From Myxococcales bacterium (GTDB lineage: Bacteria; Myxococcota_A; Polyangia; Polyangiales; DASUME01), in contig JASGJH010000001.1 in the NCBI GenBank assembly GCA_047601445.1, positions 5,216,001-5,280,000 on the forward strand: a stretch of DNA of 64,000 nt, read 5' to 3'. Below the pieces are notes generated by a model, which was given only the letters and a program-made list of their open reading frames with translations, had not been told where the DNA came from and ran no database searches. Position 1 is the stretch's first letter, and each line of letters opens with the position of its first letter. Of the stretch, positions 8,280-18,137 are shown one piece after another. The position numbers and the translations under genes are program-made.

Positions 8280-11200
8280 TCAGGGGGGCGGTTCCCAAAT
8301 CTGGCGCACGATGGCGAAGACACTGATCTCGGCGGACACTTGATACGTGCCGCCCGTGGGGAAGGTACTGGGCGGGACCCCGAACGTGGTCCGCGCATAG
8401 GTGAAGGCTCCCATGCCGGTGCTCGCGTTGGTGGTGGCCGAATAGCGGTAGAACTTGATGCCCGCATCCGCAAACTGGGCGGCCACCCAGTACGTGGTGT
8501 TCTTGTGCAGCACGGGCTTCGCGTCGGGCGTTCCGAGCGAAGAGGACCCGCCGTTGACAGTGGCAATCCCGGAGCTCGTGATCAGCGCGTCCGGAACGTG
8601 GTTGCTGCCCTCGACCTTGTCGGACCAGATCGAAAAGAATCACGCCCTGATTCGTCGCGGGAGCCGCTTGCACGAGCATGCCCATGCCCTCGAGTTTGAC
8701 CTCGACGGTCGGCCTGAAAGGTTGGGCGAAGATGCGTCCGCTGCTGATGTCCGATTGCGGGTAAACGGTGCCGCCGGTGGCCGAGTTGTGGTCGAGGTAC
8801 TTGGCGTCGTTGGTGATGCACTTGCCCACGCTGGCATCGCACAGAAGGTTGGGATACGTGCAGTTGCTGACCGGATCGTAGGTGCCGTCCGTGTCGCAGT
8901 GGTGAGCGTTGCCGCTGGAGTCGCAAAAGTCGCGCTTCTTCGGATCGTTGTAACCGCACTCACCGCGGCACTGATTGTTGTAACAGGTCAACCCGGCCGT
9001 GGTGGCCGTCGCGCAGACGCGGGAAGTCTCCATGTAGACGCAACCGTCGGAGTCTGTCTTGCACGAGCGCTCGGTGTCGCCATTGCAGCTCGGATTGGCT
9101 CCGAACGGGCAGAGGTTGTTGGTGTCGGGCTTGCAAGTGCACTTGATCCCGGTGGAGATCTCGCTGCAGTCCTGGTGCAGCCCACAGCTCCCTGACACGC
9201 AGCGCTGGAGGTCGCAGTTCTTCCCGCTCCAGCCCGCCGGGCAGCTGCAGGTATAGGTGTTGGCCGGCGTGTTGGTGCAGGGGGCGCCGTGCTGACAGGG
9301 GCTGTTCAGGCACTCGTTGATGTCTTCGCAGCCGAGGCCGTTGGAGGTGGACTGATTCCCGCTGCCGCAGGGGACACAGTTGTAGGTTCCAGCAACGTTG
9401 CTGCAGTACTTGTCCGTGCCGCACACGCTCCGGCTCGTGCACTCGTTGAAGTCCTGCTCGCACAAATCACCGACGTAACCCGTGCCCGCGCAGCCGCAGG
9501 AGAAGCCACCGCTGAAGTTGCTGCAGGAGCCACCATGCAGGCAAGGACTCGGAACCGTCGAGCACTCGTTGATGTCCTCACAGGCCAGACCGTTGGACGT
9601 GGACTGCATGCCCGTGCCGCAGGGCTCGCAAGAGGAACTTCCCACGGTGTTGACGCAGCGCTTGCTATTGCCGCACACGCTGCGACTGGTGCACTCGTTG
9701 AAGTCGTTCTCGCAGCGGTTGCCCGTGTAGCCGGTACCCGCGCAGTCGCACGTATAGCTGCCGGCCGTGTTGGTGCAGGCCCCACCGTGCAAGCACGAGT
9801 TGGTGGGATTGCACTCGTCGTTGTCCGTGCAGGTGACGCCGTTGCCGCTATAGCCGGTCTTGCACGTGCATGTAAAAGAGCCGTCGGTGTCGGCGCAAGT
9901 AGCGTTGGCCGAGCAGTTGTTGCCGCCGCCTGCCGCGCACTCGTTCTTGTTGGTGCAACCCGTGCCGCCCGCGTTGGTGCGGACACCGTTGCCCGTGTAG
10001 CCGGTGCGGCAACCGCACTGGAAGTTGGCGCCGCCGGTAGAGGTGCAGGTGCCGTTGCTGGCGGTGTCGACGCAGTTGTCCTGATCTGCTTCGCAGGCGC
10101 CCGACAATGTACAGGTGGGCCGGCCGTCCGCGCCGATGGTCTGCGTATACCCGGCCTGGCAGGTGCACGCATAGGAGCCATTGGTGTTGGAAGAGCACGT
10201 GCCCTTGGAGCCGCAGTTGTGGGTCCCGCGGCTGCACTCGTCGATGTCGACGCAGTTCAAGCCGTCCGACGAGGCCTCGAAGCCAGTGCCGCACAGATCA
10301 CACGAGTAGCTGCCCGCCGTATTGGTGCACTTGCGATCATTGCCGCAGACCGCGCGCCCAGTGCACTCGTTCACGTCGCTGTCGCAGATCGGTGTCCCCG
10401 TCCAGCCGGTGTTGCAGAAGCAGGAGAATCCGTTGACCTGATCGCTGCACGTGCCGTGCACGCATGGATTGGGGGAACAGTCGTTGCTGTTCTGACAGCT
10501 GAGCCCCATCGGCCCGAGCATGTATCCGGGCACGGTGCAGCTACAGGAGTAGGAGTTCACCCCGTCCACGCAGGAGCCGCCCGGGGTGCAGGCGTTGGAC
10601 GGACAATCGTTGACGGGCGACTGGCACTGATCGCCCATGAAACCGGTGCCGTTGCAATCGCAGGAGAAGCCAGGCGCCTGGTCGGTGCAGGTGCCGTGCG
10701 CGCACGGGCTGGTCGGGTGGCACGCGTCCGGATCGGTCTCGCAGAGCTTGCCTTCATAGCCAGGTCGGCACTGGCACGTCACCGAGCCGAGGCCGTCGGT
10801 GCAGGTGCCGTTGTTCTTGCATGGATTGGTGGGCTTGCAGTCGTCGGGGTTGACGCACGTTCCGCCCTGGTCGACGTAGCCCGTATTGCACACGCACTCG
10901 CGCAGCGTGCCCGTGACCTTGCAGGTTGCGTGGGGGTCGCAGTCGAGCTGCTCGCACTCGGAATCGAACTCGCAGGAGTTGAGCCCGTCACCGATATACG
11001 CAGGCAAGCAAGCGCACTTCGCCTCGCCGTCCACGATGGAACAGGTGGCCACTTGCTCCAGGCACCCCTTGAGCTGGCACTTGTCGACGCACTCGCTGCC
11101 GTCGCCATGGACGTCCGCGTAGCCGCTGTCGCAGGTGCACGTGTGGCCGCCCAGGGTATTGCCGCAGCGGGCGTTGGGACCGCAGCCGCCCCCCTCGAGC

Positions 11201-11661
11201 TGGCACTCGTCGATGTCCTCGCACACGCCATCGACGAACTCGTAGCCCGTGTTGCATACGCAGCCCGAGCCGCCATCCACGAAGGCGCATTTGGCGTTGG
11301 CATCGCACAGGAGGCCGCTGCAGTCGGGCGTGGCCTCGGCGTCGGGAGCGGCATCGACCAGGGCCGCGTCGAAGCTCGCATCCGTGGATGCATCCATGGA
11401 CGCATCCATGTCGGGTCCGCCGGAGTCCGGCGTGCGTGCGGGCTGACATCGGCCCGCCACGCAGAGCTCGCCGGCAATGCACTCCATGTGTGAGTCGCAG
11501 GGACAGGGCTCCTCGCCGCAGGCCGAGAAGCGCGCTTGATCGACGCTTCCTTCCTCGATGCCGAGCACGAGATTGCAGCCCTGGGCGCCCGCCAGCACGA
11601 CGAGCCAAACCATCTGCAGCGTCAGCCAGACGGTTCGCCCCCGCCGTCCCTGGAAGCTCAC
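8280..11661 (-). CDS. Ca-binding EGF-repeat lipoprotein (~1126 aa once corrected) with a +1 frameshift at 8638-8639
   Basis: GTG overlapping upstream TGA; lipobox AQGC; about 20 EGF modules with D[IVF][ND]EC motifs; alignment to the paralog at 2441-2460 shows one extra base; the C-terminus continues in ORF 8280..8513. Confidence 0.85.
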
Positions 11662-12806
11662 CACGTGGCCTCCCAGCGCGCACCCGCGAAGCCCGGCGCA
11701 AGCTCGGGTCGCAAGTGTGAGAGGGCCGCGGGTTTGGCCTCGTCTCGCTTGGCGGTAGGCCAAAAGTACAGGAAGGCTCCCGCTGCGATGGCCGCGCCCG
11801 CGATCGCGAACGTCACGGTGGCTCCATTGGCCAGGCGCAGCGCGTGGTCGTTGGTGCGCTTGGCGGCTTGGCTCGGGCACGAGCCGTGGTCACAGCCCGA
11901 CTGATCGTTCTTCTGCTTGGCCAGCACCCCCAAGGTGACACCGGCGGCCAGACTCGCGACGCCCACCGCGGCGGACACCAGGCCTGCCTTGCGTCGAATA
12001 CTCAGGCCGGCGCGCGGAGGCCGAGTGGGCTCGACACTCTTGTCTGGCTGCGGGGTGGACGGCTTCGGCGTGACCACGACCTGCGGCTCTGCGGGCGCGT
12101 TCGGCTTGAGCGCGATGTTGATCACGGCATCTTCGCGAGGCTTGATCGAAAGCCTGCGCGTCTCGTCCTGGTAGCCCGGGGCGCTGACCGTAAGCTCGTG
12201 GTTGCCCGGGTCGAGCAGCACCTTGCCGTCGACGAACACGGGCGCCGCCAGGTCGATCTTGATCTCCGCATCGGTGGGCGTGACCTCGAAGACGAAGCTG
12301 CCCACGAAAGAACGAGCTCGCCCGATGACGTCGGCGAGCTTCTTGCGCTCGTCGTCGTTGAGAGGCTTACGAGTATCCTCGAGGGCCTTGGTCAGGTAGA
12401 CCAGGGAAGCCACGTAGCTCTTCTCCTCGAAGGCACACAGACCCATCGCGCGAAACGTGCGAGCGCTGGGCGAGAGTTCATGGGCGCGCTCGAAGAGGGC
12501 GCGGGCCTCGGTCCAGTTGCCTAGCTCGAACTCGGCCACGGCCTGGCGCAGGATCTTCTGGAAGTTCGCCTGCTCCGCCGTCTCGGGAGCCTTGCGCTTC
12601 GTTCCACTCTCGGCGCGCGCGCCCGAGGGCGTGCCTCGACCTTCAGCAGACGCTGTCTGCCAGGGAGCCAAGCCCAGGGTTAACACCAGTCCCAGCTGCA
12701 GCAGCACGCCACGCCACGTGCGCGTGAACTTCACCTGGCGCGATCGCTTCCCCCGAGGCGATGCCAAAGATGAGCCGCATACGCTGCGGAAGAGCCACGT
12801 GTGCAT
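11658..12806 (-). CDS. TPR + PEGA domain protein (start may be GTG at 12734)
   Basis: Signal peptide; TPR (AVAEFELGNWTEARALFERAHELSP); PEGA (VTPTDAEIKID...PGNHELTVSAPGY); two hydrophobic helices; ends in W. Confidence 0.85.
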   Translation of the reverse strand: MHTWLFRSVCGSSLASPRGKRSRQVKFTRTWRGVLLQLGLVLTLGLAPWQTASAEGRGTPSGARAESGTKRKAPETAEQANFQKILRQAVAEFELGNWTEARALFERAHELSPSARTFRAMGLCAFEEKSYVASLVYLTKALEDTRKPLNDDERKKLADVIGRARSFVGSFVFEVTPTDAEIKIDLAAPVFVDGKVLLDPGNHELTVSAPGYQDETRRLSIKPREDAVINIALKPNAPAEPQVVVTPKPSTPQPDKSVEPTRPPRAGLSIRRKAGLVSAAVGVASLAAGVTLGVLAKQKNDQSGCDHGSCPSQAAKRTNDHALRLANGATVTFAIAGAAIAAGAFLYFWPTAKRDEAKPAALSHLRPELAPGFAGARWEATW

Positions 12807-12992
12807 AGCGCGGCGAAGCTATCCGTAGCTGTCTTACACCGCAATGCATGTTGAGGGTGATCGCGGGCCAACGCGCGCTGCGTGAGCCGACGCGACAATC
12901 ACGCGCGATGCTGCGCGTTCGCGGCGTCTGACACTCATACGAGTGTCAGGTTTTCTGGAACGGGAGGCGGCTCAGCGGACTCGAGCAAACAC

Positions 12993-13949
12993 TCAGAAGC
13001 GACCGGTAACGCCCGCACCCCAGGGATTCACGTAGAACGCGGTGGACGGCTTGTCGCCTTCCGTGCGCCTGCCCTCGACGAACCAAGCCGCGACGGCGCC
13101 GGCCAACAGCGCACCAGCTACACCGAAGGAGACGTTCGCCCCAAGCTGCATGCCTTGCCCCTCCGACTTGAGTGACCCGCACGAGTCGCCATTCTTCTGA
13201 CACGCCTTGAAGTCGTCGTTCTTCCCGCTCGCGACCACCCCGAGTGCGATGCCGATGCCGCCTGCGGCGATCGCGCTGCCGCCGAGCACCCAGGTCCAGA
13301 TGCGCGGCTTGCGTGCACTCGTCGGCTCCGTGGTCGGTCCCTGACTGGTAGGCGTGGCGAGTTGAACCACGGCGGTAGGTTCGGGCTCGTTGCTGCCAGC
13401 GACCCGCAGCTCGATCGAGAGCTGCTCGCGGCGCGGCTCCACGATTTGCAGATCCTGGCGTGCCTCTTGGTAGCCCGCGGCGCGCACGACCACACTGTGA
13501 TTGCCTGGGTCCAGGAACAGCTGGCCATCGCGCAGGGAGGCCGCCTTGCCATCGACCAACACCTCGGCATCCGCCGGGGTCACCGACACCTGATAGACCG
13601 CCACGAACTCGCGCGCCCGGGCGAGCAGCTGGCTGACCTCTTCACGCGCCTTGGCGTTCAGGGGCTTGCGGTTGTCGGCCAGGGCCGCCTCGAGCTCGGC
13701 GATGGCGTCCACGTAGCGGCGGAGCTCGAAGGCCGTGAGCCCGAGGCTGCGCCAGGTGCGGGCGTTGGGGTTGAGGTTGTGCGCTTGCTGGAAGAGCACT
13801 CGGGCCTCCACCCAGTTGCCAGCGTCGAACTCCGCGACAGCACGCTTGATCACCGCGGTGTACTCGGAAGATTCCTGAGCCAGGGACGGGGACGGGCTCG
13901 CAAGGGCCGCACAGACGACGACGAACAGAACAGCAAAGAGGGCGCGCAT
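12993..13949 (-). CDS. TPR + PEGA domain protein
   Basis: AGGAG RBS; signal peptide; paralog of 11658..12806 (AVAEFDAGNWVEARVLFQQAH; VTPADAEVLVDG); ends GVTGRF. Confidence 0.9.
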   Translation of the reverse strand: MRALFAVLFVVVCAALASPSPSLAQESSEYTAVIKRAVAEFDAGNWVEARVLFQQAHNLNPNARTWRSLGLTAFELRRYVDAIAELEAALADNRKPLNAKAREEVSQLLARAREFVAVYQVSVTPADAEVLVDGKAASLRDGQLFLDPGNHSVVVRAAGYQEARQDLQIVEPRREQLSIELRVAGSNEPEPTAVVQLATPTSQGPTTEPTSARKPRIWTWVLGGSAIAAGGIGIALGVVASGKNDDFKACQKNGDSCGSLKSEGQGMQLGANVSFGVAGALLAGAVAAWFVEGRRTEGDKPSTAFYVNPWGAGVTGRF

Positions 13950-14151
13950 GGGGTCTCCTGAGGACTGCGCCTACCTATTCGCTCAGGGAGAGTCAAGGAT
14001 GGTCGGGGTGACCGCTCCCAGGGCAGGACATCCTGCAGGAAAACCTGCGGGGGAGATCACCAGGCAGACCGGAACGCCGTCCAGGGTTCACCCCTTCTTT
14101 TCTCGTTGCCGCCCCAGACAGCCAAGCATACTCAGGCTCTTGAGGTTTCCC

Positions 14152-14730
14152 ATGAAACTCAGGCTCCTGCTCGCCCTGGCCTCGTCGCTGGCCTTCGTCC
14201 CGATCGCAAGCTCGATCGGCCAGGCCCAAGACTCCGGCTCCCCTGCCCAGCAAGTGGCCAGCGCGCCGCCGGCGGCCAGCCGGGCCAGCGGGGTACGGGT
14301 CACGGTGGTGGTCGAGTCCGAACAGGCCGGCATCGCCCAACGCTTGCGAGAGGCGCTCGCGCATCAGTCCGGCGTTCAAGTGAGCGGACTCGAAGAGGCT
14401 TTGAACGAGGGCAGCCAAGCTCCGCGCGTGCTGCTCACGGTATCGCGCGGCGCGCAGGGGAGCGTCAACGTGGTGTATTGGGACAGCACCGGGAAGGTGG
14501 AGGCGTTGTCCGCCCCGCTGCCCGCTGCCGAGGGCGGCTTCGAGCTGGTGGCGTCCACGCTGGGCTCGGCGCTGTTGAGCCGCAACCTGCCGCGTTTCAA
14601 CGCCCAGGGCGACTCGGGAGACTGCACGAGCTGCGAGTTCAAGCGTCTGGTCGCTGACTTGCGCGCGCACGCCATGAACATGGTGCCGGTCCGCAGGCGT
14701 ACGTTTCCAATCAGCCTCGACGACTTTTGA
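14152..14730 (+). CDS. Secreted hypothetical protein
   Basis: ATG after GAGG; signal peptide MKLRLLLALASSLAFVPIASSIGQA; CxxC near C-terminus. Confidence 0.65.
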   Translation: MKLRLLLALASSLAFVPIASSIGQAQDSGSPAQQVASAPPAASRASGVRVTVVVESEQAGIAQRLREALAHQSGVQVSGLEEALNEGSQAPRVLLTVSRGAQGSVNVVYWDSTGKVEALSAPLPAAEGGFELVASTLGSALLSRNLPRFNAQGDSGDCTSCEFKRLVADLRAHAMNMVPVRRRTFPISLDDF

Positions 14731-14955
14731 GCTCACCCCGCCCCGCATCCAGACGGCACGAGTCAGCCGAGTCATGTCGCGCGTGCGGCGAGTGGTTCGC
14801 TTGGCGTGAGGCAGGTCTCAAGACAGAGCTTTTCCTCTTTCTCTCACCCCAAACACTCGCTGATCTTACGGCCTCAGCTAGTATCCTGCCGAGCAGCTGC
14901 AGAGAGTTCGGTCCGCACGGCCGAATGCACCTCCAGCGGGCTGCGTAAGAACCTC

Positions 14956-16533
14956 ATGCAACACGATGCCCTCCCGAGCGTTGGTGATACCGTCGGCAAC
15001 TATCAGGTGCTGCGGCGCATCGGTGCAGGCGGCATGGGCGTGGTCTTCGAGGCTCTCAACGTCGATACCGATGGCAAGGTCGCGCTCAAGTTCCTGAGCC
15101 CGGAGCTCTTGAACAATCCCGAGGCGGTCAAACGCTTCCGGCTCGAAGCAAAGGCCACCGGGCGCATTCAGCACCCCAACGTAGTCGCCGTGCACAACAT
15201 CGGAGAACACCGCGGCCAGCTCTACCTGGTGATGGAGTTCCTGCGCGGGCGCTCGCTGCGCGAGGAGCTCTCCAAGGGCCTGTTCGACGTGGCCCGTGCC
15301 CTCGAGGTGATGTTCCCGGTCATGCGCGGCGTGGCCGCGGCCCACGCGGTGGGTGTTCTGCACCGGGATCTCAAGCCCGAGAACATCTTCCTGGCCGAGT
15401 CGCCGGACGGCCTGGCCCCCATCCCCAAGGTGCTCGACTTCGGCATCGCCAAGCTCACGTCGGAGGTCGAAGGCACCCACGGCGGCGCGTCGGCGCGCAC
15501 GGCCTTCATGGGGACCTACCAGTACATGGCCTTCGAGCAGCTGCACGCGCGCAAGGACCTCGACGGCCGCGTCGACGTGTACGCGCTGGGCACCGTGCTC
15601 TACCACGTCGTGACGGGCGCTTTGCCCTATCGCGCCGACAACCCGGTCGACCTGGCGTTGGCGATGCTGCAGTCGGACCCGATGCCCGCCAACTACTACA
15701 CCCCGTCTTTGCCCGAGGGCTTTTCGGAGGTGCTCAACATGGCCCTGGCGCGCGACCGCGACCAGCGCTTCCCCGACATCGAGGCCTTCGCCCAGGCGCT
15801 CACGCCCTACGCCAACGGCGGGGTCTACAAGGGCTCCGGCGACTCGCGCCCGCTGCGCGCACCCGGTCCCCACGCGAGCCACAAGACGCCCGCGCCGGGC
15901 GCCTTCACGCCTCCGCCGCGCAGCCCCGACTCGGGCCGCGTGCCGGGTGTCTTCTCGAGCCCCACGCCCTTCGTGGTGCGCAAGGACTACGACGACACGG
16001 CTCCCCCGCGTCCCCAGCGCTCCTCGGGGCTCTTGTGGATCGGCGGTTCCACCGTGGCGGCTGCGCTCGGCTTTGCGGGCTACATGTTCCTGCGTCCGGC
16101 GAACGTCGCGCCGCCACCCCTGCCTACCGCCCCAGCGGCCCAGGCCGAGCGTCCTGGTGTGCCCACCTCGCCGGTATCGGCCGCCATGCCGCGCGCAGCC
16201 CTACCGGCCGACGCAGGCGCCGAAAACGACGACTGGGCAGCCGCGGGGCAGGGAAGCGCCGCGCCACAGCTCCAGGCGCCGCCTCAGCTCCAACCTCAGC
16301 GGGTCGAGCAGCAGCCGACCGAGACGCGAGGTAGCAATACCCCGGAGCTCGCCATCGACCCACGTGCGGGCCAGCCGGAGCACAGCCGTCAGCGGCCGTC
16401 GACTCAGCAGCCGCGGGAGACGACGAGTTCGAGCCACGAGCGCACGAGTCGTCCGCGGCGCGAGACGCAGGGGACGTCCGAGGGCGCACCGCGCACGCGC
16501 AGCGGCCTGGGCGTGTCGTCGGAGGAGTTCTGA
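14956..16533 (+). CDS. Hanks-type Ser/Thr protein kinase with TM helix and low-complexity C-terminal tail
   Basis: GAGGMG, VALK, HRDLKPEN, DFG, GTYQYMAFE motifs; TM LLWIGGSTVAAALGFAGYMFL. Confidence 0.95.
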   Translation: MQHDALPSVGDTVGNYQVLRRIGAGGMGVVFEALNVDTDGKVALKFLSPELLNNPEAVKRFRLEAKATGRIQHPNVVAVHNIGEHRGQLYLVMEFLRGRSLREELSKGLFDVARALEVMFPVMRGVAAAHAVGVLHRDLKPENIFLAESPDGLAPIPKVLDFGIAKLTSEVEGTHGGASARTAFMGTYQYMAFEQLHARKDLDGRVDVYALGTVLYHVVTGALPYRADNPVDLALAMLQSDPMPANYYTPSLPEGFSEVLNMALARDRDQRFPDIEAFAQALTPYANGGVYKGSGDSRPLRAPGPHASHKTPAPGAFTPPPRSPDSGRVPGVFSSPTPFVVRKDYDDTAPPRPQRSSGLLWIGGSTVAAALGFAGYMFLRPANVAPPPLPTAPAAQAERPGVPTSPVSAAMPRAALPADAGAENDDWAAAGQGSAAPQLQAPPQLQPQRVEQQPTETRGSNTPELAIDPRAGQPEHSRQRPSTQQPRETTSSSHERTSRPRRETQGTSEGAPRTRSGLGVSSEEF

Positions 16534-16748
16534 GCGCTGCGTGCCCGGGCCCCTGGGCGCTGCGTGGTCAGGCATGTCGGGAGCGTCCGCCTGGAAAGGT
16601 TGGGCGACACTCGGCCATTCGGGGTGCTGGCGCTTCGCGCGAGGCGATGAAGCCGGTAAGGTAGGCCAGTTCGTGGATCAGGCTCGCCAAAGCGGGTAAG
16701 TAGCCCTCGGGGATTTGGTTTCTCTGCAGGTCAGGAGAGTGGGCTTCG

Positions 16749-18116
16749 ATGGCCATCAAGGTGCCGGACAAAGTGGCGTGGACCGAGGGGCTCTTGATGC
16801 TCCCTCAACACCTCCAGCAGCAGGACCGCTACCACGAAAACCTGCTGTCCACGCGTTTCGAGGCGCTCGACCCGCTCTCGTGGGGCGCCCTGCGCGTGGA
16901 TCTCGATCCACGCATGCTCAGCGAGGGCAGCGTGTCCCTCACGGCCTTCGAGGGCATCCTGCCCGACGGCACTCCGCTGTCCTTGGCCCCGGGTGCCCAG
17001 CGCCTGCCGCAGCCACGGGCCATCCAGAACCACTTTTCGCCGGCCAAGGCCGCGCTCGGCATCTACCTGGCGTTGCCCGAGGAGCGACCTGGCATCAACA
17101 ACTACAGCGAAGAAGCCGGCGCGCTGCGCTATCAGCTGCAGCGACAGAAACTGTTCGATGCGTCGCGCGACGATCGCGGTGAAGAAGTGAGCTTCGCCGC
17201 CCCCAACCCGCTGTTGCTCTTCGAAGACGAAGACCGCGGCGGCACCACGGCGCTCAAGATCGCCGAACTCACGCGCAACACGCGTGGTGAGCTCCAGATC
17301 TCCGACACCTATATCCCGCCGTGCCTGCGCATCAGCGCCTCGCCGGTCATCGCCAAACGACTGAGCCACCTGCTCACGCTGATGACTGCCCGACATCGCG
17401 CGCTCACGGTGGCGCGGCGCCAAACGGGCGAGGCACGCTCGGAGTTCAATGCCGCAGACGTCACGCGCTATCTCCTGCTCAATGCGCTCAACGCCATGTT
17501 CCCGAGCATCAACTATCTGGCGCACTCGGCCGACGTGTCCCCGCGCAGCGCGTTCCTCCTTCTCTCGCAGCTGGCGGGCCAGCTCGCCACCTTCTCCACC
17601 GACGTCGACGTCACGCGCCCGCTGCCGTTCGACTTCACCGATCTCGACGGCTCGTTTCGCCCCCTGTGCGACCTGATCGAGCAGCTCTTGTCCGCCACCG
17701 ACGCCGAGCGCTTCGCTACCTGTGCGCTGAGTCTCCACGAAGGCAGCCGTCACCACGGCGATCTCGCGGACTCTCGCTTCGAGAAGTGCGTGCGCTTCGT
17801 GGTCGCCCTGGAGAGCAAGCTGCCGCGGCCCCAGGCCGTTCAGGAGTTCGTGCAACGCGCCAAGGTGGCCTCCCACGATGACATGGACATCGTGCTCGCG
17901 TCGTCGGTGGGCGGCGTGGGTGTGACCGAGAGCTTGAGCCCTCCGCCGGAGCTACCCGTGCGCCCCGGCCTCGTGTACTTCGACCTTCCGGTGCGTCCGA
18001 ACGACGTGTACTGGAAGCACATCTGGAGCGACCGCAACATCGTGGTCTGGTTGCCCCCTACCCTGCAAAACGCACAGCCCAACGTGAAGCTGCTCGGCCT
18101 GTTCGGCAGCCGCTGA
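16749..18116 (+). CDS. tssK: Type VI secretion baseplate subunit TssK (VasE/ImpJ family)
   Basis: KVAWTEGLLMLPQHLQQQDRY N-terminus, GILPDGT, YIPPCL, PPPELPVRPGLVYF; 455 aa. Confidence 0.9.
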   Translation: MAIKVPDKVAWTEGLLMLPQHLQQQDRYHENLLSTRFEALDPLSWGALRVDLDPRMLSEGSVSLTAFEGILPDGTPLSLAPGAQRLPQPRAIQNHFSPAKAALGIYLALPEERPGINNYSEEAGALRYQLQRQKLFDASRDDRGEEVSFAAPNPLLLFEDEDRGGTTALKIAELTRNTRGELQISDTYIPPCLRISASPVIAKRLSHLLTLMTARHRALTVARRQTGEARSEFNAADVTRYLLLNALNAMFPSINYLAHSADVSPRSAFLLLSQLAGQLATFSTDVDVTRPLPFDFTDLDGSFRPLCDLIEQLLSATDAERFATCALSLHEGSRHHGDLADSRFEKCVRFVVALESKLPRPQAVQEFVQRAKVASHDDMDIVLASSVGGVGVTESLSPPPELPVRPGLVYFDLPVRPNDVYWKHIWSDRNIVVWLPPTLQNAQPNVKLLGLFGSR

Positions 18117-18137
18117 GCGCTCGCGCTGCTGCGCCGT

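Noticed and set aside
8161..8637. Arg-rich C-terminus of the 1239-aa ORF as real protein
   Set aside because: Out-of-frame read-through after the +1 insertion; it overlaps the next gene, and the conserved domain is in another frame
2351..8739. Recombinase-driven shufflon
   Set aside because: No site-specific recombinase or short crossover sites seen, and synonymous divergence between the copies argues against frequent exchange; kept only as possible homologous inversion
9289..11493. Long antisense ORFs (also 4183..5868, 5944..7680, 35827..37548, 52166..54076)
   Set aside because: Typical high-GC shadow frames opposite well-supported genes, with no motifs
16749..18116. Complete T6SS locus
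   Set aside because: No other T6SS component is recognisable in the window
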